From Eledone cirrhosa (Eukaryota): a DNA stretch of 64,000 bases. Below, piece by piece: positions 25,988-40,619 of this stretch (positions are counted from its first letter, which is position 1; the number at the start of each line of letters is the position of its first letter). The translations under genes and the position numbers were made by a program. The notes under the pieces are model-generated. The model searched no databases and was not told the DNA's origin. It saw only the letters and a list, made by a program, of their open reading frames with translations. The stretch spans positions 86,118,001 to 86,182,000 of the forward strand of contig OZ024744.1 of NCBI GenBank assembly GCA_964016885.1, in the 5' to 3' direction.

Positions 25988-26771
25988 GATAACAGGTTAT
26001 CGTTATAGCAGTCCACTTAGATGTAGTCCAGTTGGAGTAGTTCGTGTAGTTGATAGTATTAACGTGTGGCTTAGTTGTATATATATATATATATATGGTG
26101 GCTGCCAACTCGTTTTCGAGTACGGCCACTACCTTATATCCATGTAGGAGAACCCCTACCGATGCGCTGAACGAGTGTGACTTTTTAGTCCAGCCAGTGG
26201 CTTGAAAACTCTGGTACAAACACTACACCTGTGACAATTATTGACACATAGTGCTGGGCCCATGGCACCATGTGACGACAAGTGCAGAGAGATCTCCAGA
26301 TATAAAGCAATGCCTGTGCCGTGAAGCTTTTATAGTGAGCAAAGGCACTGCACAAAGCCAGTCCCACTCTCTTAACAAAGATGATATTTACCAAAAAGAA
26401 GAACAAGTCAACATCATTTGATACCATCAGGGTTGCAGGTGTTATATCAGAGTTTTCCTTCTCCTAGAATTCTGCCTTGACAAAGGCTAAGGGGTCATCT
26501 CTCCCGGTGATTTTGGATGGCCATTGACTCTTAAGAGCTCCTTTGCCCTTTGACAGGTTTTGTTTTTAGTCCTGCAGGATGTCCAAAGTCACCCTCCTCA
26601 CCAAGAAAGCTTGGTGGGGTTGCCAGTTTAGTCACCAACGACCCGACCATGAGACAGGTTGTATATATATATATATAAATGAAAGTATAGAAATTATTGT
26701 GAGCGTGAAGCCAACAGTATTTCATAATATATAAGTGACTATAACGTCAAAATGGAAAAATAGTTATATAT

Positions 26772-27111
26772 ATATAAGGGAAAAAGTTGAAATCGAAAAT
26801 GCAGCTGGAATCTTTTTTTTTAAATATATATTTATTTGGTTCCTTTACCGGTTTCACAGTTCTGCTTTTCAAATGTAGAATTGAGATGGAAGGTTTGTGG
26901 GTTTTCTCACATCTGTGAGAAAAACCACAAACCCTCCATCCCAATTCTACTTTTGAATAGCAGAATAACTGCGAAACTGGTAAAGGAACCAAATAAATAT
27001 ATATTTAAAAAAAAAAAAAACTCCAGTTGCATTTTCGATTTCATCTTTTTTCCTTATACATTCACCCGTGTAGGACACCTCGGTTTTCTTTTCATTTTGT
27101 AAGAAAACCTC

Positions 27112-27115
<4 letters not shown>
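26772..27115 (+). mobile_element. Family G foldback (axis CTCAC-ATCT-GTGAG at about 26892) with an HHR 3'-half signature
   Basis: Inverted arms of about 140 bp. GAAA-C(C/T)GG-TA-AAGG on both arms. A related degenerate copy lies at 1890-2067. Confidence 0.6.
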
Positions 27116-27203
<88 letters not shown>

Positions 27204-27879
27204 CATATATATATATATTTGTCTATTGTAGATCTATGTGACTTATCGTCAGTATGGCTTTCTTTGCATTCGACTTTCAATTTTCACTTCCCATTGTTTC
27301 ATCATTTCACGGTCACTTTCTTTCGCTATCTATGACCCCTCTCTCTCTCATTCTCACCCTCTTTCCGGTCTCGTTTCCATTTCAGGCTCCCCTCTCTACT
27401 TCTAACATTTGTCACTTTCGATTTTCGTCATACCATCGGTGGATTAAGATTAGTATACAGTGACTTAGTAGGCATGGTAACTGGATGAAATATCTCATTG
27501 ACCAAACAATGTCTGGAAGTCTTTAGAGATATTTAGATCGATCGAAAACACATGCTATCAGTGAAAACATCAACAGCACCATCAACAACAGAAACACCAG
27601 CTTAACACCCCATAACCACCCCCATAACACCAATAAATAGCAAACAAACAAGAGAGAGAGAGAGTGCTCTCCTCTTCCCCTCATGTAGACATTCTACATT
27701 CTAGAAATAGCAGCAAATTCTCCTTTGAAGAACACTACATACCTTTGAAAAAAGAAGTGCAGAACGAATTATATAATCAAGGGCATTCAAGACCTGTCAA
27801 ATCCCTCAATCCGACGGGGATCTCCCACCCAATTTGGGGTGGGTGAGAGATGTTTTCTCTTGTGAAAATGGATATAGCT

Positions 27880-28130
27880 TTAATTATGTTAAATCTCCCC
27901 ATTTTGCCTCATTTCTCATGGTAGTCCTCGTTTGTATTTTTTAGAGGTTGGTAGGTCTGGTATTTATAAACAAGGCAGTGAATTATCAGAGTTGTTAGGG
28001 TCTCCATTGTAAAACGCCTAGGCCACTGTGCTCTGAGTTCAGTTTCCAAAGAGGTCAACTTTGTCTTTGAAGGTCTACAAAATATAGTAACAGTCTTGTA
28101 CTGAATTTTGCTCATTCTCTATCTCTTATT
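27880..28130 (-). pseudogene. Possible decayed Penelope GIY-YIG C-terminus
   Basis: VYKYQTYQPLKNTNE loosely resembles the WIxxLxTxxPxGLN end of PLE endonucleases. Confidence 0.25.
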
Positions 28131-29748
28131 ACCAATCTCTCTCTATCTCCTCCTTACTTTCTTCATCGCCAAGCTCACACTATATGCATATGACCACTTC
28201 TGACCGATGTTTTCTACTTTGTTATATGCAAATAAGCATCTCCAGCAAGTGATCATCACGCAAACTTCTATGAAAACTCTAGTCTATTTCATGCCAGTAC
28301 TTTTTGACTAAATGTCACTGGTGAAAGATTAACAAATCTTGAAACAGCACTGTCTGACATTCTCAGAACATGCTGGCAACTTAATGATATTTTCACCGAG
28401 CAAAATAGAAAAAAATATAATATTTTTCCTCTTGTTACATTACGAAAAAAATGTATTTTTTTTTTTTCGGCAGCGAGTCTACCACTTCATTTTTTATATC
28501 TTTTAAAAAAAAATCTATTTGTTTGTTTGTTTGTTTGTTTCTTTCTTTCTTTCTTTTTTTCTTTCTCCCTTTCTCTCTCTCTCTCTCTCGCGCGCGTGCA
28601 ATCTTTCTGAACGACCGACGAGAGGAAAGTGTACTCAATACCGAAGTAGAGTTTAAATATTAATTTATTATGGTGAAGGGGAGAGTCTCATTACACTCAA
28701 GTTTTACTTCACACTCACAGGTTCATCAGACGATATATGTTTCTATATCTTTAGACAAGGGTGTACGCAGCATGATCAAATTATTAAGAATTTCGCTTCC
28801 CGATCGTTAGGTCCCGGGTTAAATTCCACTGCATGATATCTTGAGCAAGTCTGATTTAACATAGCTTCGGGTTGATCCATTCCTGAGTGAAATTGAGTTG
28901 GCTGAAACGTTTTGGAAGCCAGGATTGTAATCTGTAATGAAATGGCCGGCCTTGTCACATATTGTGTCTCAATGGACCTCATAGAGAATTTACATTAAGG
29001 ATTATATGCGAGTTTGAAATGTTCAGCCTTTTAGATATAAATTTCCTGAGCTGGCTGTTCCGTTGATTGAAAAACTGAAATAGAGATCGTCGAAATCGAC
29101 GGAGGCCCGCACCATAATTGTGTATAGTCTAAGTATTAAACATTTTTCAGACCAGTAAAATGTTTCATTTTATCTTGGGATTACAAATGATTGGTTGTTT
29201 TTCAGATATTTAGCTGTCATTTACTAGTTCTATTAAAGTAAATAAAAGGAATCCTCTCTCGGGAGACCCCAGATTTAAGTCATAGAAGTGAATTTGGATG
29301 AATATACATACACAAAACGGTGCTAAGTAATAGAAGTCACCGTTAATTAGTTTACGTGGATATAGTTCGTTTTTCATACCCAAGGGTAAAAAGATAATTA
29401 AAAGTCAGTTATTTTGCATTTATGTAAAATACTATTTACTTTTTAACGTGAAAGAGAAAATGTACACACATTACTTTTTAAATTGAAAGAGAAAATGTAC
29501 ACAAATTACTTTTTATGTTCTACATATTAGAAGGAGAAAAGAATAAAAATAAACACAAACAAAATCATATAACCACGGATGGAGGAGAGAAAAAGAAACT
29601 ACAATTTAGTATGAAACAGGTTTGCTTAGGATTGAAATTCCACCAACGGTTTACTTCATTGAGGAAGGGGGATAAAATAATTCCGCTTAACATTCATGTT
29701 TCAACTTTAGTTTTTGTATTTTATTTAAAGGTACATTATCTCAATACT

Positions 29749-30098
29749 GAAGGTGCGTGACTTAGTGGTTAGAGCGTTAAGCTCACAATCGTAAGCTTCT
29801 GAGTTCGAAACCAAGACTGGGTTGTGTTGTGCTCTTGAGCAAAACACTTTATTTCAAGTTGCTCCAGTTCACTCAGCTGTAGAAATGAGTTGCGACGTCA
29901 CTGGTGCCAAGATGTATCCCTTGGACAGCATCGAGAGCGTGGGTAAGGGTGCCTGGTGTGTATGGCCAACTGATGGCCTTCCACAAACACACATTGCCCA
30001 GGCTTGTGCCTCGGACGAGAACTTTCATGGCTTCATGGCTTTAATCATAGGTGTGGTCGATCAGAGTCGACCCGGGGCTGAATTACAAAAGCAACAAC
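29749..30098 (+). mobile_element. Longer CORE-type SINE relative with a (CAA)n-like tail
   Basis: GAAGGTGCGTGACTTAGTGGTTAG...GAGTTCGAAACC...CTTGAGCAAAACACTTTATTTC. Degenerate relatives at about 28757-29105 and 32860-32945. Confidence 0.75.
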
Positions 30099-31110
30099 TT
30101 AATTATGTTATTAATCACATCACCAAAAGCTGTTTTTATTTTAATTCTCATGTGCACATTCTTTGTGTTTACCATTTATTAATATTCTTCACGGCAATTA
30201 TATAATTGCAGTCAAAACTTGCTGTTGAAAAAAATATATAAAAATATAAGTGCCAACTGTCTCAATAGATCTTTCTAATGTTAACGTAAATAGAATGAAT
30301 CGATTAAAACCGAGTTACAAAATGTGGACGAAGCTTCGAAAAATCTGAAGCTTATCTCCAAATCTATGTCAGATATTGGCATTTTGTTTCTGTCTAGACA
30401 GGATCCTTCAAATATATAAACAAGTGAATAATGATATTTTGAAGATATTCTGATATATTTCTCATGGAAGTTTATCGTCACAAGTTCACTTAAATCGTTA
30501 CAGTCGAGTTGTGAATTGGACGTACTCTGAGACTAGCTTTAAATATAAAATTTAGAATCGAAGACACTCTTCTATTTCCTCAGAGGATTGGCACAAATTC
30601 AGGCAGTTATCAGAGGTATAGACGATTAAATCTTCTTCGGATTATTAATGTTTGCCGTTGTTGTTTAGTCACAGTCGGCGCCTGATCGAGTCAACCTATG
30701 ATGCATTCCAACCGTGACATTTCCATTTTCCTTATGTGCAGAGAGCCCATAATCACATAATGGTTTCTTATATAGACACAAGGCCAGCATTTTTGGGGAG
30801 CAAGGGAAAGTCGATTAAATCAACCCCAGTGCGTGACTGGTACTTTATTTTATCGACACCGTAAGGATGAAAGGCAAAGTTAAACTCGGCGGGATTTGAA
30901 CCCATGATCTCATAATAATCCTGTTATTATCGAAGATTATGTGTGTGTGTGTGATCTGAAGCGGACTTGTTTGCTACTGACAATATATTCAGGTTTCGTC
31001 GTTAGCTGGGTGTGTTGCTCGTAAACTCGACCCAGGAAGAATTTGCACTTAAACTTAAGCGGAATAAACTACTAGTATCATTATTAATTTCCTCAGTGTA
31101 TGTTTTTTTT

Positions 31111-32052
31111 GGCAGTGTATGTTTTAGTTAGACAGTTTTAGATTCGGTTCAATTTTTTTTGGCAGTGTATGTTTTAGTTAGACAGTTTTAGATTCGGTTC
31201 AATTTTTTTTGGCAGTGTATGTTTTAGTTAGACAGTTTTAGATTCGGTTCAATTATTTTTGGCAGTGTATGTTTTAGTTAGACAGTTTTAGATTCGGTTC
31301 AATTTTTTTTGGCAGTGTATGTTTTAGTTAGACAGTTTTAGATTCGGTTCAATTTTTTTTGGCAGTGTATGTTTTAGTTGGACAGTTTTAGATTCGGTTC
31401 AATTATTTTTGGCAGTGTATGTTTTAGTTAGATAGTTTTAGATTCGGTTCAATTTTTTTTTGGCAGTGTATGTTTTAGTTAGACAGTTTTAGATTCGGTT
31501 CAATTATTTTTGGCAGTGTATGTTTTAGTTAGACAGTTTTAGATTCGGTTCAATTTTTTTGGCAGTGTATGTTTTAGTTAGACAGTTTTAGATTCGGTTC
31601 AATTTTTTTTTGGCAGTGTATGTTTTAGTTAGACAGTTTTAGATTCGGTTCAATTATTTTTGGCAGTGTATGTTTTAGTTAGACAGTTTTAGATTCGGTT
31701 CAATTTTTTTGGCAGTGTATGTTTTAGTTAGACAGTTTTAGATTCGGTTCAATTTTTTTGGCAGTGTATGTTTTAGTTAGACAGTTTTAGATTCGGTTCA
31801 ATTTTTTTGGCAGTGTATGTTTTAGTTAGACAGTTTTAGATTCGGTTCAATTTTTTTTGGCAGTGTATGTTTTAGTTAGACAGTTTTAGATTCGGTTCAA
31901 TTTTTTTTGGCAGTGTATGTTTTAGTTAGACAGTTTTAGATTCGGTTCAATTTTTTTTGGCAGTGTATGTTTTAGTTAGACAGTTTTAGATTCGGTTCAA
32001 TTTTTTTTGGCAGTGTATGTTTTAGTTAGACAGTTTTAGATTCGGTTCAATT
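31111..32052 (+). repeat. Minisatellite: 19 units of ~50 bp (GGCAGTGTATGTTTTAGTTAGACAGTTTTAGATTCGGTTCAA-T7-9)
   Basis: Units counted directly from 31111 to 32009. Variation is mostly in the T run. Confidence 0.95.
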
Positions 32053-33544
32053 CCCGCCGCAGTCAACTTTGCCTTTCGGGATGGAAAAAAAAGTATCAAT
32101 TCAAAACTAGGATTAATTTAATTGATTTTCTCTCCTTCACGCCAAAATTAGAAACCGTTACTTAGTTTTGCCACAAACTATTTCTTTCTAGAGAGCTCTT
32201 TATTTATTACTGAAAGAAACCAACGATTTATGTCTTACATTAAGAAATATTTCTTAATATGTTTTATTAATTATTATTATGTATTTCCCAGTATAGGTGA
32301 TACATAGCACATCGATTGAAATCGACTTCTGTAAATGAGTAATATTTATTGCATAGAGGCTTGAAGGATAAAAATCAAATATAACTTATGATGGATTCGA
32401 ACTCAGACCCTAAGAGCACACATATTAATATATTTTAAAAAAACACAATGTCAGAGGCTTACCGCATCTGAAAATTTCCCCGCCATAATTGTGTAAAAGC
32501 TGCATTTATTTTTTCAAAAGATGATTGTTTCTACTTTTGGCACAAGGCCAGTAATTATCCCGGTGTATTACTGGTACTTTATTTTATCGACCCCCGTAAG
32601 GATGAAAGCCAAAGTTAACCTCGGCGGGATTTGAACTCAGATCATAAAGGGACGTAACTCTTTGCTGCAAAGTTTGGCGTCAGACACTCTACCAATACTG
32701 CAATGCCTCGAAATTATTAATGAGAAATACGTAGAAATAGGATTTTGTATTGAAACAAAAAAGAACGGTACATAAGCTGAACTAGCATAAAATTTGAAAG
32801 GAATCAATCGTCAAATAGAACCAAGGAGATAATATTCACATTGGCCTTATAGAGCAACATAAAATATAGTATTTTGCTCAAGAACACAACGTGCTGCTCA
32901 GCCTAGGAATCGAACCCGTTTATGAGCGTGGAGGCCACGCGCATTCAAAAACAAAAAGTTACAACTGGCGATCAAAATTAGTTGGGGGCAGTCAGCTAAA
33001 CCGTATGCTTTGCATTCGATTCTCTGGAGCTCACATTGGAATAAGACTTGGTTTCGTGTGAACACCGCATCTATCGTTTAATGTGCAGACGTGCGTGACA
33101 CCATGGCGCACTCGTTCGTTCGATGCGGCGTGCATACGGTACAGCATTAGTTAGAAACCTCATGTTCGCCCAAGCGTGCGTTTCAATGCTCAGGAAAGTC
33201 TGTATGTGTGTATGTTGTATCTGTGTGTAAGCGCAAAAGGGGAGGGGTTGATTATGTATGTGTGTCAAATGAGAGATGGTTGGACGTGTGAGAGTAAACT
33301 GTATGAGAATGCTTGCGAGCGAGTTCATATGTGTATGCCTGTGTATGCATGCATTTTGTTAACATGTGTGAGTGTTTCCGTACATGCGTGCGCGTCAGAG
33401 TACATACATCCGTTTGCGTTCGTGTGCGTGATCATGTGTACATTGCGTTAGTGCTTGTCTTTATACATCTGATTATTGAATGCGTCTATATGTACGTAAT
33501 CCTGGGTGTATGCATGTATATATAACGACTTACTCATACGTCTA

Positions 33545-33648
<104 letters not shown>

Positions 33649-33683
33649 CACACACACATATATACATATATATACACACACAA

Positions 33684-33717
<34 letters not shown>

Positions 33718-33743
33718 TACGTATATATATATATATATATATA

Positions 33744-33782
<39 letters not shown>

Positions 33783-33835
33783 TTGTAAATATATATATAT
33801 ATATATATATATATTTAAAAATACATATATATATA

Positions 33836-33968
<133 letters not shown>

Positions 33969-33986
33969 ATGTGTGTGTGTGTGTTT

Positions 33987-34018
<32 letters not shown>

Positions 34019-34384
34019 GAGTGTATGTTTGTATATATATCTATCTATATACATACATATACACATACAGAGAATATTACTGTCGAGAGAATGATATATG
34101 ATAGAACCCCGTGTCAGAAAAAGTGAGAAAGTGCAAGGATATATTTCTGTGCATGCATGTACTTATAAATGTGCGTTTAAATGGGTAGCACGCGCACAAC
34201 CCAAGATTGTACACGTGTTGGGTGTGAGAGGCGGAATAAGGTAAAGTAATGAGTGAAGAGTGAAACATTGCGAAGGAGAGTGCGTGAAAATACAGAGAAC
34301 CGGATACGCAAGATAAAAATCATGTAAGTGTGTACGATATATATATATATATGTACACGAATATATATATACACATACACACAA

Positions 34385-34417
<33 letters not shown>

Positions 34418-35006
34418 AATCGTACACTCTCACACACTCACATATATAATTGTTTCTACTTTGGGCACAAGGCCAGCAATTACCTAGTACATTACTGGTA
34501 CTTTATTTTATCGACCCCGTAATGATGAAAGGCAAAGTTAAACTCGGCGGGATTTGAAAATGTAATCTGATTAGTCAGATCAGCTCGTATACAGGAAACT
34601 AACTAGCCAGTCTGCTAATATGCAAATCAGGCCGATCAGTCACTGTATATTTTAGAAAATATCTTATATTTTCAATAGCGCTATCAGATGGCTGGGGAAC
34701 AGTGAACTGTACTGACGAAGGGTGATTCCCAGAAACATTAGTGTCTGTAGTTCTCTTTACATGCCAAACCAAGAGCAAAAAAAAGGGACTCATTCTACTG
34801 ACATGGCATCAAAAATGAGGCTGTTTGCATAATTGCAAACAAACTGAATATTATTATTAATATTCGAAAAACTCAGATTACATTTATTGTATTCAGCCAT
34901 GTGGAGCGATAATTTTAAAAAAATGATATATATATATATGCCGTTATGGCATTAGCTTGTGCCAAGCTGAAAGGTTATTGAAAGACACTGTTGTCTGTTA
35001 TATAAA

Positions 35007-35056
<50 letters not shown>

Positions 35057-35130
35057 ATATTAAATAAATGGAAACTATATTTATAAAACCATATTTATTC
35101 TATTATATATATTTCAAGGGTACCAAAAAT

Positions 35131-35174
<44 letters not shown>

Positions 35175-36337
35175 TACAATGATATTAAATAAATGGAAAC
35201 TATATTTATAAAGCCATATTTATTATATTATAACGTACCTGAGTACTCAATAGAGTTGTGACACAACTTCTCATGGTCAAATTCAAAAAAAGTAAATTTC
35301 AAATTTCATGGATATGATATTTTAAGGGTGTGGATATGTATGTAAAGAACTTGAGAGAGGTGCGTTACTATAATGTGTATATATTTACATATATATAACA
35401 TATATATAATATATATATATATAGAATCATTAGAACATCTGACTGATAGAATCACAAGTCAGGTGTCTTTTTTGTTAGATCGAAAAATACCACGTACATT
35501 TATCGATCATATTCACGAGTTTTCGCATAAATAATATCATCAGCTTCATTTCCAGTTTGCAAAGGACATTGGGATTCAGGATATAATCGATATATCAACT
35601 GCATGTATGAAATCAGGACATTTCTAATAATTGAACGTTGTATTCACATGTGATGGTCTCACACTGATACATTTTGTCTTTTTGTTTATCATCATCACCA
35701 TTTAACGTCCATCTTCCACGCTGGCATATAGATGAATAATTGAAGGTCAGCCTTTAAAACGTCCCCAGCGTGTTTTTAATGTTTATTTTATCGACCCTGT
35801 AATGATGAACGACAAAGCTACCCATGACGGTAACAATATTCAATAAAAAATATATTGATAATTGTTTGTACATTTGGCACAAGGCCAGCAATTACCCAGT
35901 GCATTACTGGTACTTTATTTTATCGACCCCCGTAAGGATGATAGGCAAAGTTAACCCTCGGCGGGATTTGAACTCAGATCATACAGGGAGGTAACTCTTA
36001 CTTTAAAGAATGGCATCCGACCCTCTACCGATACTGCCAATCCACCGCCTATATTGATAACGATGACAACGAAGACGACGAAGACGACAACGATGAAGCT
36101 GGGGATGATAAAGATGTCAAGAATTATGATCACGATCATGATGATGATAATAAATATTTATTTATGCTCGAGATATTAGTATATCTAAGATAAATGTAAT
36201 ATAGATTTAAGTACAGTTTTTATAATTATGAGCTTCATTGTGAAAATAAATAAGTATAGATATATTTTTAAATCTTTCTGAAACGAGTAAAAACAATTTT
36301 TGATATTCTGTGCTAAAACGTCTACATTATCGAGAGT

Positions 36338-36543
36338 CGATCGACTTTCGTTAAATCGGACCGAGGAAACAATGTTTCCGTTGGTTTTTCCAATTGTTAA
36401 TACTATCTATCAGTCGCAACTCCAGGTAGAAGGAGCAGCGTGAAATAAAGTGTCTTGCCAAAGGACATAAGGCATCAGGAAATCGAATTCACAACTTCAC
36501 GATTGCGAATCCAAACCTCTAACCACTCAGCCACGCGTCTTCA
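36338..36543 (-). mobile_element. SINE family 2 copy
   Basis: Colinear with 448-662. Confidence 0.8.
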
Positions 36544-36719
36544 CTAACATTAATAATATCTTCATTTATGCGTACGTACTTGTGTCATTACACGATTATG
36601 GACGTGCAAATGACCGGTTTTGTATAGGTATATATACGTAAAAGCCTATATATATATATATATATACATATATATGTGTGTGTGTGGCCGGGCGCATATA
36701 TATATATATGTGGCCTGGC

Positions 36720-36778
<59 letters not shown>

Positions 36779-37137
36779 CGTGTGTGTGTGTGTGTATGTA
36801 TGTGTGTATGGCCGGGCGTATACATAGATAGACTGGCCGGCGCGTGAGTATAAACACGCAAGATAGCTAGATAGATAATATTAACTGACTGTAAAAATAC
36901 TGATAGCAATAAAACCGAAAACAACACTGGTCCGGTTATCTACAGAGTTGACAAATCTATAAAAGATTAAACACCATCTCCACGAGCATGATCAGAAAAA
37001 AACAACAACAAAAACAACAGGAAGAATAAAGATACACATGCGCAAAAGTATATATATACACACGCACACTTACGTATACTTATAAACATATACATAAATT
37101 TATATATATATATATATATGTATGGACTGTATGTGTG

Positions 37138-37509
<372 letters not shown>

Positions 37510-37521
37510 CGTTTATACACG

Positions 37522-37706
<185 letters not shown>

Positions 37707-37725
37707 ATATATATGTATATATATA

Positions 37726-38008
37726 TACAGTGTATTTTGCAATACACTGTATGCTTAATTAAAAGCATTTTGAAGACCTTACGCTTTTGTTTTAAAGTAG
37801 TGACATTCTCGCTTACTTAAATTTTCGGCAGACATGGAGAGAAGTGAGTTTTGATAAGTACCAAAAAGTACGAAACAGAACTGTCAACTTATCTCCCCCT
37901 GTCTGCCGAAAATTTAAGTAAGCGACAATGTCGCTACTTTAAAACGATAGCCTAAGGTCTTCAAAATGCTTTTAATTAAGCATACAGTGTATTGCAAAAT
38001 ACACTGTA
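37726..38008 (+). mobile_element. Foldback element whose loop is a complete hammerhead (37846-37890)
   Basis: Inverted arms of about 115 bp. The centre reads GAGTT-TTGATAA-GTAC-CAAAAA-GTAC-GAAA-CAGAACTG-TC^AACTT (U3-A8 variant). Confidence 0.78.
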
Positions 38009-38046
38009 TATACATTCACATATATATCGCTATTTTAGAGCACCAA

Positions 38047-38085
<39 letters not shown>

Positions 38086-38174
38086 CATACTTACTATATA
38101 TACATACTATATATATCATGTATATATATATACATATGTATACATAATCTCTCCCTCTCTCCCTTTCCCTCTCT

Positions 38175-38212
<38 letters not shown>

Positions 38213-38850
38213 TCGTATGTGTGTATGTTTCTATGACCGTGTATGAAAAAAACGGAAATAACTCTAACGTACATAGGAACACAGATGAGTGATCCACCCC
38301 ATAAAGACTCAGAAATCAACATGTAATTCAGTTTACAGTTAAGCACATAAAGTTACACTATAGTAAATACGTATACGGATAACATATAAATATTAGACAT
38401 AAAATGTAAGGAAAAATCAGCCGAGAGAAATCATTGCAATGAACAGAGTTGTGTGGTGAAACACTGACAAAGGAAATAATTCTGTAATAAATTTAGATAT
38501 AAAGAGGAAACTAGAAATTTGTGAGCTGCATTAGGTTATGCTGACAGAATGACAGAAACTGCATATTTGTACACGTGCATGCATGCTTATATATATATAT
38601 TAATATATATATATACAACATATTCTTGTGAATTCTATATAACTGCTCTGTAGAACAACTGATGTTATTACATTGAGCTATTTATCTTACTGGCAATAAG
38701 GTAGTAATAAATTACTGACCTTCACTGTTTAGGGTTTAAAATATATATAACTATAAAAAGTTTTAGTATATACATAACCATAAATAGTATCCTTAATATT
38801 ATATATATATATATACACATTCTATATATTAATATATATATATATATATT

Positions 38851-39488
38851 CTAGGGCGGGTAAAATTCCCGAGATCCATGGACGAGTTCCCTCCAGCGGT
38901 CTCTGTCCCTCATTGACGCTGTCATGTCCCGCGTCTCAAACAGACCAGTGTCTGTCCTTGGGGCAACAACATACGTTAACCTTGGTCTTCCTCTTCCAGT
39001 GTGTCCATGTAGGGTCTCACACAGGAGCACTGAGTGCAATGTCAACTCTGGATGTCGGTGAGCATGTCGAGCTAACGTCAGTCTCCTCTGTGCCACTTTT
39101 GATCTGACTTTTGGGAGGCTCCCATACAGCTCTGAATAATTTTTCATCCTCAGTGTATACTGATTAATGTTCAGAGCCATCCTCAGCATTCTCGTGTAGC
39201 ACCCATCCACCATCTGAGTGAGTTTCTTGGTCAGTGTCTAAGTCTCAGACCCGTACAGCAGCACAGACTCCACTACAGCAATGAAGAGGCGGATTTTCAG
39301 GTCTCTACGAAGGTACAACTTCCACACCGATCTCAAGCTGTGGCACACCGCCCAGGCTTTACTCTTCCTCTCAACCACATCATCTTCCGTATTCCCAATC
39401 TTTACTCACAAATACAGGAAGTCCTCAACCAATTCTAGCGGCTTCCCGCCTACATTAGTGATCCCTCTGGCTTCTCACCATTCTCTAC
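38851..39488 (-). mobile_element. RTE-clade LINE 3' fragment
   Basis: [53 protein letters not shown]. The stop codon abuts (TA)n. Confidence 0.85.
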
Positions 39489-39489
39489 C

Positions 39490-39538
<49 letters not shown>

Positions 39539-39556
39539 AAAAATATTTACATACAC

Positions 39557-39667
<111 letters not shown>

Positions 39668-39721
39668 CTTCATTCTGTCATTAACACTCCATGTTATTGT
39701 TTTTGTTTTTTACTTTTATAT

Positions 39722-39868
39722 ATCAACACTATAAACACAGAGCTGTCATATCTAAGAACTGACAAACTGCCTGATGAGGTCATAGCCATTCAATGGCTAT
39801 CATCGAAACATATATAGCAGTAAATAAAGGATTATGAGTTCATGCAATTGACTTATGTTTCGTCACTA
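39722..39868 (+). mobile_element. Family H pLTR-like remnant with a hammerhead at 39766-39821
   Basis: ACTGC-CTGATGA-GGTCATAGCCATT-C-AATGGCTATCATC-GAAA-CATATA-TA^GCAGT. Ends in (TA)n. Confidence 0.75.
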
Positions 39869-39945
39869 TATATATGTATATATATATATATATATATACA
39901 TACATATATATATATATACATACATATATATATATATATACATAC

Positions 39946-40252
<307 letters not shown>

Positions 40253-40253
40253 T

Positions 40254-40292
<39 letters not shown>

Positions 40293-40310
40293 ATACATAT
40301 ATATATATAT

Positions 40311-40440
<130 letters not shown>

Positions 40441-40619
40441 GTATATATATATATGTACGGCGTTGTTTGAGTCAACCAACGCCGTACGTAAAAAAATCCA
40501 TAGTACAAAGTACTCACAACCTCTAACTGGATTACCTAAAACGATAACTTGTTATCACATATATATATATATATATATTTATTTATTTATATATATATAT
40601 ATATTAAAATAATAGATTA

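Noticed and set aside
31111-32052. CRISPR-like array
   Set aside because: No unique spacers, no cas genes, and a eukaryotic context.
32700-33200. Telomerase RNA or canonical H/ACA snoRNA
   Set aside because: No CTAACCCT-type template upstream and no terminal ACA box after the second hairpin.
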